Shown here piece by piece: positions 23,900 to 37,494 of a stretch of DNA of 64,000 nucleotides. Each line of letters starts with the position of its first letter. Positions within the stretch are counted from its first letter, which is position 1. The stretch is taken from contig NC_068984.1 in the NCBI RefSeq assembly GCF_001194135.2, positions 69,615,957-69,679,956 of the forward strand, given 5' to 3'. The position numbers and the translations under genes are program-made. This DNA comes from Octopus bimaculoides (taxonomy: Eukaryota). Below the pieces are notes generated by a model, which worked only from the letters and a program-made list of their open reading frames with translations, was not told the origin of the DNA and made no database searches.

Positions 23900-24620
23900 T
23901 GAATCCATCGATGAGATTCAGGAATAAAAGTTTCCAGTTTCTTTCCTCCTACTTAGAAACTTGTACTCAAGGAAGGTCCATTCAAATTCCCTTTCGATAA
24001 ACACACTAGAAGGCAGTGTCTTCTCTACACTCATTTTCTGCTTCAAGTGGTACACAAAGAAGTTGATGAGATCTTGATCAGATAGGAAAGCGTTTATCTT
24101 CAAACTTTTCACATTAGTTCTTCACACAACTTCTTTCACTACAGCCACCAAGCAGAGAAAGATTTGCCTCCCTTTCCCTTCAAAGGAAGTGGGTATGTTA
24201 ATCTTCATTATGGGCTCAGTAGACAGCCAAATTCATCCTTTATGTGACAGCAGCTTCTTTACATAAGCCCACAAGTAGCTCCTATATGGATATTGCACAA
24301 TGGTGTGTAGGAACATTTAATTCTCATGCATGCATCAGGACAGGTTCTGCTATTAGCATTTTCATACTGGAAGACCTTTTCTCAAATAGGTAATACTTCA
24401 CTATTGCACTTTCATGGCAAGCATATTTGGTCCATAGTATCTAATCTGAAAGTCCTCCAGAAGAAACGTCTTGTTCTTGTTGATGCCCAGAATCAAACCA
24501 GATTAAGTGATTGGATGCATCCTTTTCTGATTGATTGAACTTGGTGCTCACAGACTTTGGGGATTTGCAGGTAAAGCAAGTATATTTACCAATCTGTCCG
24601 CTTTTCCTTTGATGGGGCTG
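23900..24620 (-). mobile_element. Tx1/L1-clade LINE ORF2 C-terminal remnant
   Basis: Minus-strand frame with stops: MFLHTIVQYP..LWAYVKKLLSH..IWLSTEPIMKI..IFLCLVAVVKEVV*RT..INFFVYHLKQKMSVEK, typical of the zinc-finger/C-terminal end of Tx1-like ORF2. Confidence 0.7.
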
Positions 24621-25149
24621 TTCGACAATTACCCATTCAGTTGTTTTTATGTCCTCTGAGGCTACTGATGGTTTAATTGTATCAATGTTGTTGGTAAAGT
24701 GAAAGTGCTGGGGGACTTGTTTCTATGACCTTCTATGAGTGGAGAGATATTATTTATGTTGACTTTGTAGTTGTTATTTTAGTGATTGTTGCAGCTGCCC
24801 TCAGTTTGACTGCTGTAGATTTGATGCTGGGAGCAACAGTGCAGAATAATACACTAATCTCATCCCATAAAATTCTGCCCCAGTAATCAAGCATTCATTC
24901 AATAGTTTTAGTAGTTGCATGTTAACAAGAAATTTGAGCACAATACTTCACCTTTCTCCTTCTCTGCCAAAGGATGGGAAGGCTTTAGAAGAAAGATAGT
25001 ATAAGCAAGTGTTTTACTTGCCCTTGTTGCAAAAGTTTTATTGTTTTGTAGTAAGATTATTAACAGTCAGTTCTCATACAATGTATTATTTGTTAACAAA
25101 TTGTCCCCTTAATAAGTTAACAAAAAACCCTCGAAAGGTGTTTAAATAC

Positions 25150-25375
25150 CTGTCATATATATGTTTGTATGTATTTTTGTATCTGCGTTTATTCTCCTCC
25201 ATTACTACTTGACAACTGCTGTTGGTTTGTTTATGTTCCATAATTTAGGTGTTTGTCATAAAGAGATAGAGACTTGAAATTTGCACTGGAGTTGATCTGC
25301 TCCACTTAACTTTTCAAGGTAATACTCTAGCAAGGCTGCTGTCCAATGATTGAAATAAGCAAAAGAATAAAATGT
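25150..25375 (+). mobile_element. SINE family B 3' part, diverged
   Basis: cttgacaactgctgttggtttgtttatgttcc.taattta..ggagttgatctgc..gtccaatgattgaaataagcaaaagaataaaa. Confidence 0.6.
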
Positions 25376-25615
25376 AATAACAATATGATAATCATCATTT
25401 TAAAAATTCATTAAGGTGACTAAATCTATAATACTTATTATAATGGTAAATATGTTAAAGCATTTTATTAACTTAGACAAATTTGCAACTATTATTATGC
25501 TAATTTTGTGAGATTGCTATTTTATTACTTAAGACATTTTGTCATTTATTAGTAAAACTTCATTTTTTTTCTCTTTTTCTATTTTCATACTTTTTTTGTT
25601 TGCTATTTTAATTAG

Positions 25616-25657
25616 AATGTAAAACTTTGAATTCATTTTTGGTGAGGTTATTACATG
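25616..25657 (+). CDS. Candidate 42-nt coding exon (xCKTLNSFLVRLLH), phase 1 to 1
   Basis: About 50-nt polypyrimidine tract ending attag, only one open frame, donor ATG|gtaaga (alternative donor gtgagg at 25642). Confidence 0.38.
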
Positions 25658-26189
25658 GTAAGATTTGCCTACAATCTCTCAAAACTAGTTTTTTATTTTC
25701 TTTCTGTCTCTCTCTTATAACTTATTAAATTTTAAATTCTTGTACGACAATAACAATAATAATAATAACAATAGTAACAATAACAACAACAACAATAATA
25801 ATAATAATATATTTATTCTCTGCTTAGTCTGTTTATATATTACAATTTGCAATAATTTTGTCATCATCTTTAATGAAATAAATTTTTAAAAAAAGTTTTA
25901 ATATCTTAGAAATATTAGTATACCAATAACCAAGTTTATGAGAAAAATAAATTTGAAATTGCATAGATTAATTAATAATATTATATCATGTGTAAGTATT
26001 TTGAAATTGTTTTATAATTTTTTTTAAAGTAAATGCATCCTTCAACAATCAGTATTCTGATTGTTTGAATTACAGAACTATCAACTTAGATTATTATAGT
26101 GAATTCTGCATGCATGAATACATGCATACATACATACATACATATTCGTACATATATGTACATAAAAATTCGTACACACACACACACAC

Positions 26190-26342
26190 AACAGACTTCT
26201 AACAGTTTTCATCAACCAAATTCACTCACAAAGCTTTAGTTGGGCTGAGGTTATATAAGAAGGTATCTGCCCAAGGTATTATGCAGTAGGACTGAACCTG
26301 GGACCATGCTGTTGGGAAAGAAACCCCTTACCACACAGTCAC
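26190..26342 (-). mobile_element. SINE family B 5' part
   Basis: Reverse complement of the family B head (ctcacaaagcttt.gttgg..gcccaaggt..ggactgaacc..accacacag). Confidence 0.7.
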
Positions 26343-27599
26343 ATATATACATATGTGTGTAGGTGTATATTTTGATCATTCTTTGCCTCGCCAACTGATA
26401 ACAAATGCTTTGCTGCAGGGACCTAATAAAATTAAGACATGTCTGCTACTTTCACCAATTGGTTCCTTATAGACTGGAACCAGCACCACTACTGCATTTT
26501 ATATATTTTCTGAAAATTTCACTGAAATAATATCAAAATCATCACTCTTGATTGCTTTTAGATTTTTAAACACTCCTCAAAGTTTTTGTTTCTTTTTTAT
26601 CTACGAATTATACATAGTCTTAACAAAAGTTTTTCAAGTTACTATGTAACACATCACATGAGGTCTTACCACAAAACTATAAAACTTCTGCAACAAAGAA
26701 AAGTAAAACATTTACTAATACTGTCTGTCTTCTACATCCTTTTCAAGCTTTGATAGGGACAGTGAGAGAAAGGTGGGGGTTTGTGCTCAATTTTCTGGAA
26801 AACATAAAACTACTATAAGTACATTTGATTACTGTGGGCGACATTTTATGAGTTGCTGCAGTAGATAATCTAAAATTGGATCATTTTTGTGAACATATTA
26901 AAATAGACTGATAACAAAAATAATTTAACGATGTTGTTATAGAGTATGCATACAGACAAGAAGTTACAGTTTTAGAAGTGTTATGTGGAGAGTTATGATA
27001 TTCATGCCTTATCCCTAATGTAGTTTAAAGGTCTTAGACAGAGGAAGGCAACACCTATGACCTTTTTACTGAGCTTCTGGTAATGATGGAGGGGGAAAGG
27101 AAGAAGCCAAAACATCTAGGTTATTACAGGAAGAATGAAGTGTACATAGATAATGAGTTATCCTTAGACCAAAATAAACCAAAATATAGTGTAAATGCTT
27201 GCAACAATATTATTTTGAACAATGCTATTGAAAAGCCAGGTGGTACTGTTAATTACACAATGGATTGGATCTACTAAGTGTTGGAGTTCCATCTGAATTA
27301 CAAAATGGAATTAATAGAGTAATTTCAATACAGATACATTCCTCAAAAAAAATACCACTCAGCATAAAATTCATTTCTCCCTACTCTGTAGCAGATACAT
27401 ATGAAATTAGTTAGGAAATTAAAAATCGTATACAACTTAACTTTTTAATTCTTCATTCATATTTTACAGCATTACTTTTTATGTTGTTTTTAAGCAATTG
27501 ACTAATAATTTAATTTGATTTCATTATGATCTTTGTCAGCATTTTTAGATCAGCTTTTGAGTGCTTGAATAGGTTGGATAAGTCCTCTGCAACACAGTA

Positions 27600-28443
27600 T
27601 GCTTCCACTTGTTGCATTCCTTTTTCATATCCTTTCAGAAGTTCAGCATATTGAGATCAGCTTTCATCACTTTTGTTCAGTAGATGTTCATTGGCTTTCA
27701 AAAGGTTGTGTGCATTGTCATGTATGCAAATTGAGAGAAATGATGCTTAAACTTTTTGAAGAAAATCAACTGAATGAATTCCACGGTCTGATTCAAGATG
27801 AACTTTGGTGCACCAAATTGGCATATCTTTCAGACATATTTGAACATTGAATACAATACACAAGTATGCAGGGAAAAGCAGAAAATATCTTAACATTGGC
27901 TGATAAAATTTGTGCAATGAGAGTCAAGATAACAATTTAGAAATACAAAGTAAAAGAAGGAAATTTTGAAATGTTTTCCAAAACTTGTGAGTGTGAGATC
28001 AGCTTGTTAATTGTCGGCCATTTAACTAACATTGCTTAGAAAAAAACTTGTTTACTATTTTCCAAATATTGAAATCCAAAACTACGATTGGATCAGAAAT
28101 CCATTTCTTGCTCACTGCAACGATTGATTTTCCACTTACCGAAAAGAAGAACTAGCTGAAATCAAAAACGTTCAGTGTCTGTTATTGATTTATGAAGAGG
28201 GGAACTTACAGAACATTTGGATTCATGATTCAAAGAAGCATCGAAACCTAGCTAAAAAAGCTTTTCAAGTTCTTTTGCAGTTTTCTACTACATACATTTG
28301 TGAAGCATCGTTTCAATAATGTTAAAGACAGCGAAACATGGAAACTTGAAAATGCTTGATAGTGAACTGCAAGTGTCATTATTTACTATTCCACCTAATA
28401 TCCAAAATCTCTGTCCTTCCCATCAAGCTCATGTATCTCACTG
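27600..28443 (+). pseudogene. hAT transposase remnant (Buster/Charlie, ZBED5/GTF2IRD2-like), C-terminal half
   Basis: VHWLSKG, WCTKLAYLSDIFEH, SMQGKAENILTLADKI, YDWIRNPF, LLQFSTTYICEASF and PNIQNLCPSHQAHVSH* are hallmark motifs of this group; several stops and frameshifts. Confidence 0.85.
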
Positions 28444-31400
28444 AAATAGTAAGTTATAAAAGTTATTTTTTTATTAATCCTGGCACATATTTACAGATTA
28501 TTATCAATAAATGATGACTCACATTTCTCTTGAAGGTGTATTTTATTTTGCTTACAAATTATATATTTATGAAATATAGATGAAAGGTTTTCTCAATATG
28601 TTCTGCTATAAAAATTAATTTATGCATCAGCATCTTATTGCCATGATAGATTATATTAAAATAATTAACGTTAGGTTTGCATAAAACTTAATTGGTGTGT
28701 TGTTAAATTACGTATGCTTAAAAAGTATGTCACTAACGGGAAGAGTATGGAAAATACTGCTTTAACAGTTGGAAAGGGGTGCATGAATGCATGTATCAAG
28801 ACAAAAAAAAAAGACGTCTTCTTTTTCTTAAGGGTAATTTTTAAACTTATTTTTGTTTTAAATAAGTACAAAGACTGAAAATTTACAATCTCATTATCAA
28901 AAAGTGACATAAAGTATTCTCATTACTTTGTGTCTGTAGTGAGTATAAATTTATTTGAGATTCTTGCATTTTTGTTGTCAAACGAATGAACAAATGGGGA
29001 AACAATCAGTGCACTCTTCCAATTCAGAGCTAGTTGAAGCATTACCTTCTTTTGTGCTATCTAGAGTATCATCATTGTCATTATCTACCTCATCTAATGA
29101 TGAAGGAAAATCAGAAAAAGCTTCTTCAATACTACAACTCTTCCATTTTGCAACTTGACATCTCTCATTGATGGGGGCTGCTTTCATTTAGATGCATTTG
29201 ACAAATATGTGGAATGGAACTTTCTCAAATCAAGCTAATAACCTAACACTACAATACTGAGGTTACTCATCATCATATTTATGTTCTATTGATACTAATT
29301 AGCACTTTTTATAACTTATGGATAGAAAGAAAATTTGTGTGGACTATTTAAACATACTCAGAGATGCTGTTGGTAAATAATATACCTGCGAATATTACGT
29401 TGGTAGTGACAGAATTTGGTCACCATGAGATCAAGGTGACCATTACAATAAAATCATATCTTCTCGACAGTCAACCTTAGCAATTAAATCAAATCCAGAT
29501 ATTAATGAAGCCTCAGAGATGAACATCTATTGTTTGCAATGTCTCTTGTAGATAGTGGGCTACAAACACCAACATCATTGTCAAACAATAAGACGGTCAA
29601 TAAAAAATTGATTTTGTAGTGTTATTGTGTTTTATTTATTATACTAAATTCAATATTTCTAATACAACATCTTATCAAAGACATACTCATTTAGGTAACT
29701 GATTATAATCAATAATTAACAAACTATTGAACTGAAATGCTTGTTGAATATGGGTTGTTACTGATTTAGTGCATTACATTGCTATTGTTTTTTATGATGA
29801 TTATTTTTTTTTATATTTGTTGGTAAAAATGAGAATTTCCTTTCAAAACTTCAAAGAATCTGTTGAATGGTTCCTGATAAAATGCCAACGGATATAGGTT
29901 GTGGATCTACAAAAGAGACAAGAGAATGTAGTGTTATAATGATAAATCTTCACGCCAGTTTCAATTATGTAGCTACGTCTTTTCTGTAGACTTGGGCTAA
30001 TTCTAGCAACCATCTATTGTGTATTTTAATTGAAATATCATTGCATAGAATTTAATCATGACATTTTAGTTTTCAGGTCTGAAGTCATTTATAGTTCAAA
30101 TCAGAATCAATAATTCGTTCTTAGTGTTTTAAAATAAATTTTGTCACAGTTAGTAGAAGTATTAATTTATAAATAGTTTGTGAAAATACTGGCTTTGTGT
30201 AGCAAGATATTTTGCAAACAAGAAAGTGCAATGCCAGATCATACTGTTAATTATCTAGAACTCTCCGTCTAATTAAAGTTAGCTCTTACTGAGATAATTT
30301 TAGTGTTGTCTTTGAAGGCCAAGGGATTTTTATATTATATAATTCTTTCTTTATTTATTTGATAATCACGTTGCTTCAAAAACTATTTTGTATACGTCTC
30401 ATTTAATTATTCAGTACAGAGATAATCTGCAATCTAATTCTGTATTATGAAGATCTATTTGAGATGCAACAGCTGCAAAAATAAATAGATCATTAGAGAA
30501 ACACAATGTTCTCTATAGCTAAGAAAAAATCTTCATTCAATTCTTCCCTATTATATGAACATTTATTTCCATCTGTCATATTATCAGATTGCTGTTTGCT
30601 TCAAGTTAGTTATAAACAAGCAGACTTGTGATCAAAATCGTCACAGCTGTGACCATCCCATCTTTTCCATAGGTACAATGAACCTAGGGTCACATTATCC
30701 AATGTGTTCCTTTTGAAGATGACAAAGGGAAATTTGAAGGAATTCATTTGCTATTTCTGACATCCACATAGAGACTCCCTCATTGGTTTATATGATACGA
30801 AGTGACTTTATTATATGTATATCAAATTTCTCTTTTAAGTTCTAAAGTTTTGACAATTGTAACTTACTTCATTAATGTCAGATTGAATGAAGAAATTAGC
30901 TTTAAATGTTGAGATGAGAAAACAGTTTTCTTTAAACACAGCTTTTGAAGAATTGAAAAAGGATTTATATCAATAATTTTGATTGACTTAAAGGTAAACC
31001 TCAAGCAGAACAATGATAACTATAAATACATATTGATGAACACTATCAGAATCTCACATTATTATTGTTTTAAATAAGAATCAGTCAAGTACTGTACTTG
31101 GATTGATTACATTGAGTGCAATCCACACCCAAAATTTGTGGTTATCAGTACATGCTAGAAATGATTAGACAACTCGACAGGTGTTTTGTTCTCAGGACGT
31201 TTTTACATGATTTGAAGGGTTTTTGATGTGTTGAAGCAATTATTTATCATCACAACTAGATTCTATGATACCCAAATCCTCCAATTGTCACAATTTTCCT
31301 CATTTTTCAGTAAAAGGCAATGTTTACCTGTGAAGTTTCCATTCTTCTTATGCATATGGGACAGCAGAGTTAGGGGAAAACACTGGGTGAACATTATTTC

Positions 31401-31504
31401 AAGGGTTTTTTAATGTGGTTGAAGAGCTTTTTGTTCAATTGGGAAAAACTATGCTACCTCCACATATCAAACTTAGCATTATGAAGCAGTTAGTTTTTTT
31501 AGTT

Positions 31505-31812
31505 GAAGAAATTGACCCCAGGACTTATTCTTTGAAAGCCTAATACTTATTCTCTCAGTCTCTTTTGCCAAACTGCTAAGTTACGGGGACATAAGCACAC
31601 CAACATTAGTTGTCAAGTGGTAGTGGAAGGACAAACACACACACACACACACACACATACAACAGGCTTCTTTGAATGTCCATCTACCAAGTCTGCTCAC
31701 AAGGCTTTGGTTGGCCCAAAGCTATAGTAGAATAATCTTGTCCAAGATGCCATGCAGAGGAACTGAACCTACAACCATGTGGTTGAGAAACAAGCTTCTT
31801 ATCACACAGCCT
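31505..31812 (-). mobile_element. SINE family B, near full length
   Basis: Reverse complement of 32186-32602 with an internal (AC)n spacer. Confidence 0.85.
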
Positions 31813-32185
31813 TAGGTATTTAATTATATCAATTTTTATCTTAATTTGTAAAGCCAAAATAATCCAAAAGTTGATAGTTTGTTCTCTTATTTGATATTTC
31901 AATACTTCAGGATTAGGACCCCTGATTTCTCTCTCCTGTTGTGTGTGTGTGGATGTAGAACAGAGAAATCAGTTCACAATTCCATTTCTCCAAAGATCTC
32001 TTCTAACACCAAAATTTCGAAATACCAAGTGAAAGTGCAAATTATCAATTTGCATTATTCTTTATAACATGCCTTGTTTTGATTTTATTAAAAGAAAATA
32101 AAAACATTTCTATATATTCATCAATGCTTCATGCAGATTATACTGTTCATATATTTATTTATACTTTATACTATACATTTGTATA

Positions 32186-32602
32186 GTAGGCGTAGGAGTG
32201 GCTGTGTGGTAAGTAGCTTGCTTACCAACCACATGGTCCCGGGTTCAGTCCCACTGCGTGGCATCTTGGGCAAGTGTCTTCTACTATAGCCTCGGGCCGA
32301 CCAAAGCCTTGTGAGTGGATTTGGTAGACGGAAACTGAAAGAAGCCTGTCGTATATATGTATATATATATATGTGTGAGTGTATGTGTTTGTATGTCTGT
32401 GTTTGTCCCCCAACATCGCTTGACAACCGATGCTGGTGTGTTTATGTCCCCGTAACTTAGCGGTTCGGCAAAAGAGACCGATAGAATACGTACTAGGTTT
32501 CCAAAGAATAAGTCCTGGGGTCGATTTGCTCGACTAAAAGGCGGTGCTCCAGCATGGCCACAGTCAAAAGACTTAAACAAGTAAAAGAGTAACAGAATAA
32601 GA
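32186..32602 (+). mobile_element. SINE family B, full length and young (tRNA head, CORE-like cttgggcaagtgtctt, internal microsatellite, AAAAGAGT tail)
   Basis: ggagtggctgtgtggtaag (A box), gggttcagtcc (B-box-like), intact CpGs, tail ggcggtgctccagcatggcc..aaacaagtaaaagagt. Confidence 0.9.
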
Positions 32603-33871
32603 ACTAGTTCCCTGAAGTTTGCATATATAATAAAAGAAAAACAGACATCTGCAAAATCTATTCATAATCTCTTATTCAAAAAAATGATCATGTATAAAAT
32701 GTTGTTTTGTGCAGATTTCTAAAATATTGATACTTATTGATGCCATCATATTTTATCATTAAAGATGGCCAAGGGCCAATACAGGTTTCCCATGCACCAA
32801 TTTACATCTGAGAATCCAGCTGTTGTCAGTCAGTCTGAGGATATTATTTAATGAAGATTTCCTTTAACTTTTGTTCTGAATTGAATCAGTGAAACTATAA
32901 AAATACATCTAAGACCAGATTACAGTAGTAGAACATATCATTTTTCCTCCATCTCTGCAGTAGTTAAATACTCCATATGAATCACTGATGAATTATCTCT
33001 AATATATTCAGAGCCTTGCATCTCAGACTTCAGATTATTAAATTGGATACATTTGAGCTAAAACCTAATTGCAAACGGTTTAATGTTCTGGCAAGATTAA
33101 AGAGTAAATCTATTTAAGCTTGAATAACTGAATTTGTATATTCCAAATAATAAATATGAACATTATCGAATGCATTTAGATGTCAAAATACTTAAGTGTT
33201 TAATAAGTTTCTTTGGGATAAATTTGACTGGATTTAGATTCCAGATACCTATTTAATCAAAAGTAAAAGGGGATTTACGTATTCTGCCATACCAATATTG
33301 AAATTAATATGTGGAGGATGTACATGAATGTATTAGATATACCGGTGGGACACATTTGAAAATAGATCCGATTAGAGCATTTGTACATTTGATTTTAATA
33401 GTTTCGTGAATGTGTGTGTGTGTGTGCGTGCATGTGTGTGTGTTTGTATGTGCATATTGATTACTTTTGTTACTGCACTTCTGAAATGTGTCTAATACCT
33501 CAGATATCTTTCTTTCATGTTATGTTTTACAACAATCTATATTTTCTTAACTGTTTAAACTCTTTACAATAATTACAATTTCAATGATAAACCAATTTTT
33601 CTACCATGTAAATACAATTTAATGTTGAGGCTCATATTGTGTGTCCAGTCATTAATGCTGATTTGTAATTGACTTCTCTAAACTCAGACTATCCACTGTT
33701 GTTTCCCAGGTTGCATTAATATGTAATGTCATGAATTAGGCAGTTGACATTTTGCTGAAGAGAAAACCTAGATTGTTGTCAGTGAAATGTTAATATTTCA
33801 TGGCAAATATAATGGACTCAACATGTTTTTATCTCTTTCACTTGATAATAGAAGTATTACCTTCAATTGTA

Positions 33872-33874
<3 letters not shown>

Positions 33875-33948
<74 letters not shown>
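33875..33948. repeat. (AT)n microsatellite
   Basis: Direct inspection. Confidence 0.95.
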
Positions 33949-33951
<3 letters not shown>

Positions 33952-36301
33952 TGCATATATATGTCTTTGTAACTATATTGGTATATGTTTGTATATGTGC
34001 AATGTGGATTTTAAAAATTATTTATTGAAGAAGGATTATGATACTAAAATTGTTTTCTTGCAAATATGTTAATGAATGAAACAATAATCAAACATATTTT
34101 ACTATCTATTATGAGGGAAATGTAGGAAGTCCTCAAACTGTGGATACTACTTGTTAGCTTCTTTTTGGCACAGATTAGGTCACCTAGGTAACAGAACAGA
34201 AATATTTATTGAATCAGCATAGCACTCTATTTCTATCCATAACCCATTTAGAAACCTTCTGTAGCTGCTGATTGAACTACTTATATATTATTGATTTTGT
34301 ACAAACTAAATATGATTAAGGGTGTTGGATTCTAGAAACCATTAAGGTACGGAAACTTTTATCCCCAAATCAAAGAGTTGGATACTATGGTTACTGACAT
34401 GGTTCACTTAAAGAGATTAGAGCAGGGGGAGCCAACACTTTTACTGACTGTACATAAGCCAATGTAGAAGCCTCTTCGTCATTACTTGACCTCCCGTAAA
34501 TAGTATCCAAATTTCCCTCAGATCATACCTTGCTATCTTAAAATGAAGGAAGGATTACATGGGAATATGTTTTTCTGGAGATATGCTTGGGCAAAAAAGA
34601 GTGTTTTTGATCATAGGTCTGGATAGATCAGAGCTCCTTTGAAGACAAAATGATAATAAGTTACCACAATCAAAAGAGAATTCTAATTCACACTACAAAA
34701 TAATGACATACTTGTTTTTTACAAAGCTGTTCTTTGTTCAATAACCTTGGGAATTAAGTGATTCTTGGTTTTGGTCATGGACACTGCAATTGAAATTTCA
34801 GGATATGAATGATTGGTTGCCTGATAATCAAGTGACTATGGCTCACTATTATCAGAAGCAATAGTCACTGCATCTGATTAAGACCTAGTTGTGTGTTGTG
34901 TCCACTTCAGACCTGTACATTTAAAATTTTTCTTCCATGATTCAAATTGTTTTTGCAGTGTCAATGGTTGACAATGATTAACAACTATACATGCTAACAA
35001 CTGAGCATCTACATGATCTTATCAACTTTGGTAGATAGCAGCCAAATCTTTCCCAAATCACACACTGCAAAAAAATGAATTGTATAATGTAGTCCAGTTT
35101 GTATTATATTTTTAACATTAAAAACAAAAGAGCAAAAGAGAGACATGATTAGAACGCCAGCATATCTGCTTAATTATTCTAGACATGGGGTGGAAATCAG
35201 TAGCTATATAACCAATAACAAGATACATATAGTTATGCATGCACTTTTATATGTGTGTATGTAAACATGCATACAGGTGTGTATGTATGTATGTATGTAC
35301 GCATGTATACGTGCATGCATGTATGTATGTAAGTGTGTGTTTGTGTGTGCATAATAAAAGCACACACACACATAACCATATATAAGTTGTGGGTGACAAC
35401 TGGTACTTAAACCAGAGCAGAAAAGTTTTTAAATCAAAGCCAATAATATGCAACTTTCCCCCCAGCTATCTCCCATAAATTATTACAGATTATATACTAA
35501 AATCTGAATAGTTATTTGCATTACTTCATATGTGTCTTTGAAACATAAAAAAAAAATGCATTCATTCATGAAATATTACTGATAACATCCTCAATACTAT
35601 GTCTCTTTATACCTGTCTTATATCAAATGACACCTGTTGCTAAAATATGCAAACCTGACAAGTGAAAGCAAGTATCGCATCATCCAATATCTTCGAAGTG
35701 TAACTTGGTAGACAAACTGTGCAACAATCTACCGTGTGTGTGTGCATAAATATATGCTCACACATACATATACACACAAACACATGCATGAGCACATAAA
35801 TGCAAAAGAAGGTGACAAAATATAGTACTTGAATACTGGAGGTAGAGTAATATGCTTTCTTTTTATTAAAGAAGCAAAAACATCACAAAATTACTGCTAC
35901 TCTGGGGTTTCACATTCCCATTCGTTGGGCAGTTGTGATATAGAATAGATTAAAATAAATCATATATTATATGTACCATCACAATTTTATTTCATTCTGT
36001 ATTACAACTGCCTGACAAATGGAAACATGAAACTCTGTGTAGCAGTTTTTTGTGATATTTTTGCAGCTTTAATAATGAAAAGTATATATATTCTTTTATT
36101 CTGGAACACCTCCTTAGTGCATGCATACGTACATACACNNNNNNNNNNCAATTTTATTTCATTCTGTATTACAACTGCCTGACAAATGGAAACATGAAAC
36201 TCTGTGTAGCAGTTTTTTGTGATATTTTTGCAGCTTTAATAATGAAAAGTATATATATTCTTTTATTCTGGAACACCTCCTTAGTGCATGCATACGTACA
36301 T

Positions 36302-36356
<55 letters not shown>

Positions 36357-36419
36357 CTAAATCTCTCTCTTTCTGACTGGGTAACCATGTAATGTATCTC
36401 CTCTGTTTCTATCTCTCTG

Positions 36420-36712
36420 TTACATTAATCTTTCATCATCTGGCACAAGATCACCTCCTTCAACGTCCCCTCCCTTCTCAAAGGATTTTTGTCTTGCAAG
36501 TTATTTAGTGACCTTGCCAGTGTTGGTACCACATAAAATGCATCGAGACCACACTGTAGAGTGGTTGGAATTTGGAAGGGCATCCAGCTGTAAAAACCAT
36601 GCCAAAACACACTGAAGGCTGGTGCTGTCTTCTGCCTATCCAGCTCCTGTTAAACCATCCAACACATGCCAGTTTGGAAAGCAGACGTTAAAGGATGACA
36701 GTGATGATGATA
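36420..36712 (+). mobile_element. SINE family D
   Basis: gagtggttgg..gaagggcatccagctgtaaaaacc..ccaacacatgccag.ttggaaagcagacgttaaa, as at 20490-20640. Confidence 0.75.
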
Positions 36713-36721
36713 TATAGAGAG

Positions 36722-36862
36722 TGAAAGCATGTAGCCTGGTGGCTAGGCTGTTGACCTAACAATTTCACAATCATAAGTTTGTGAGTTCCATACTTGGATC
36801 AGACATTCTGCGTCTTTGAGTAAAGCATTCATTGCACTCTGTCCCAGTCTACTCAGCTATCT
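36722..36862 (+). mobile_element. SINE family E, diverged
   Basis: tRNA-like head and ctttgagtaaagca..ccagtctactcagct. Confidence 0.55.
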
Positions 36863-37059
36863 CTCTCCCCCAGCTGTTACATACTTGTTGTCCTAGTGGG
36901 TCAAGGTGAAGAGGCCTAGAAGGTGTCTATATATGCTCATGATTACGAAGGCAGCTAAAGCCTTTTAGTATAATTATGGTACTTACTACTATCAAGTCAT
37001 ACTTCTTTGTGATTGAAACACATGCTCACACACATACACACAAAGTTCATAGATTGTGA

Positions 37060-37490
37060 TCAATGAAATGAGTTAATTCTTTCTGGGAAGAGAAAATTTA
37101 TTGATGCTAGTGTCAGGTTTACTGAAAAACAACAGAGTAAAATGAAAAACAACAGAGCAAAATGCAGGAAGTTAGATGGAAAACGAACGTTTATGTTAAG
37201 TGGTATGAATGCAGAGCGTTTAGAGTGATATGAATGAGGGGTGAATTGGGTAGTGAAAGTCAGCAGCATGACCAGGTCAGTTAATGGTCAAGTCGTTGGA
37301 GGAATAAATGAAGTTGTGAAGTGGTATGATTTTTTTTATGGGATGCAAGCAGCAACGTTCCAACTGGATACCTAACTTTAGGCATTATAATTCTTCAGAT
37401 TTATTCTTTTATTGCATGATCCAGATCGCTTTGATTTCTATAAGCAACTGACGTGACTTAGCATCTCTCCCTAGTATCTCAACATACTTC
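37060..37490 (-). mobile_element. Penelope-like 3' (GIY-YIG C-terminal) remnants
   Basis: Minus-strand VEILGRDAKSRQLLIEIKAIWI and PLNINVRFPSNF resemble the ends of PLE endonuclease domains; degraded. Confidence 0.45.
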
Positions 37491-37494
37491 ATCA

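Noticed and set aside
32925-33065. About 40-codon minus-strand open frame after ttttag (LKCIQFNN...EMEEK*)
   Set aside because: No partner exon or homology; within chance expectation for a 64-kb window.
35982-36305. 157-bp exact direct repeat
   Set aside because: Flanks the 10-N gap at 36139-36148; assembly overlap artefact. The 16-bp duplication at gap 50502-50511 has the same cause.
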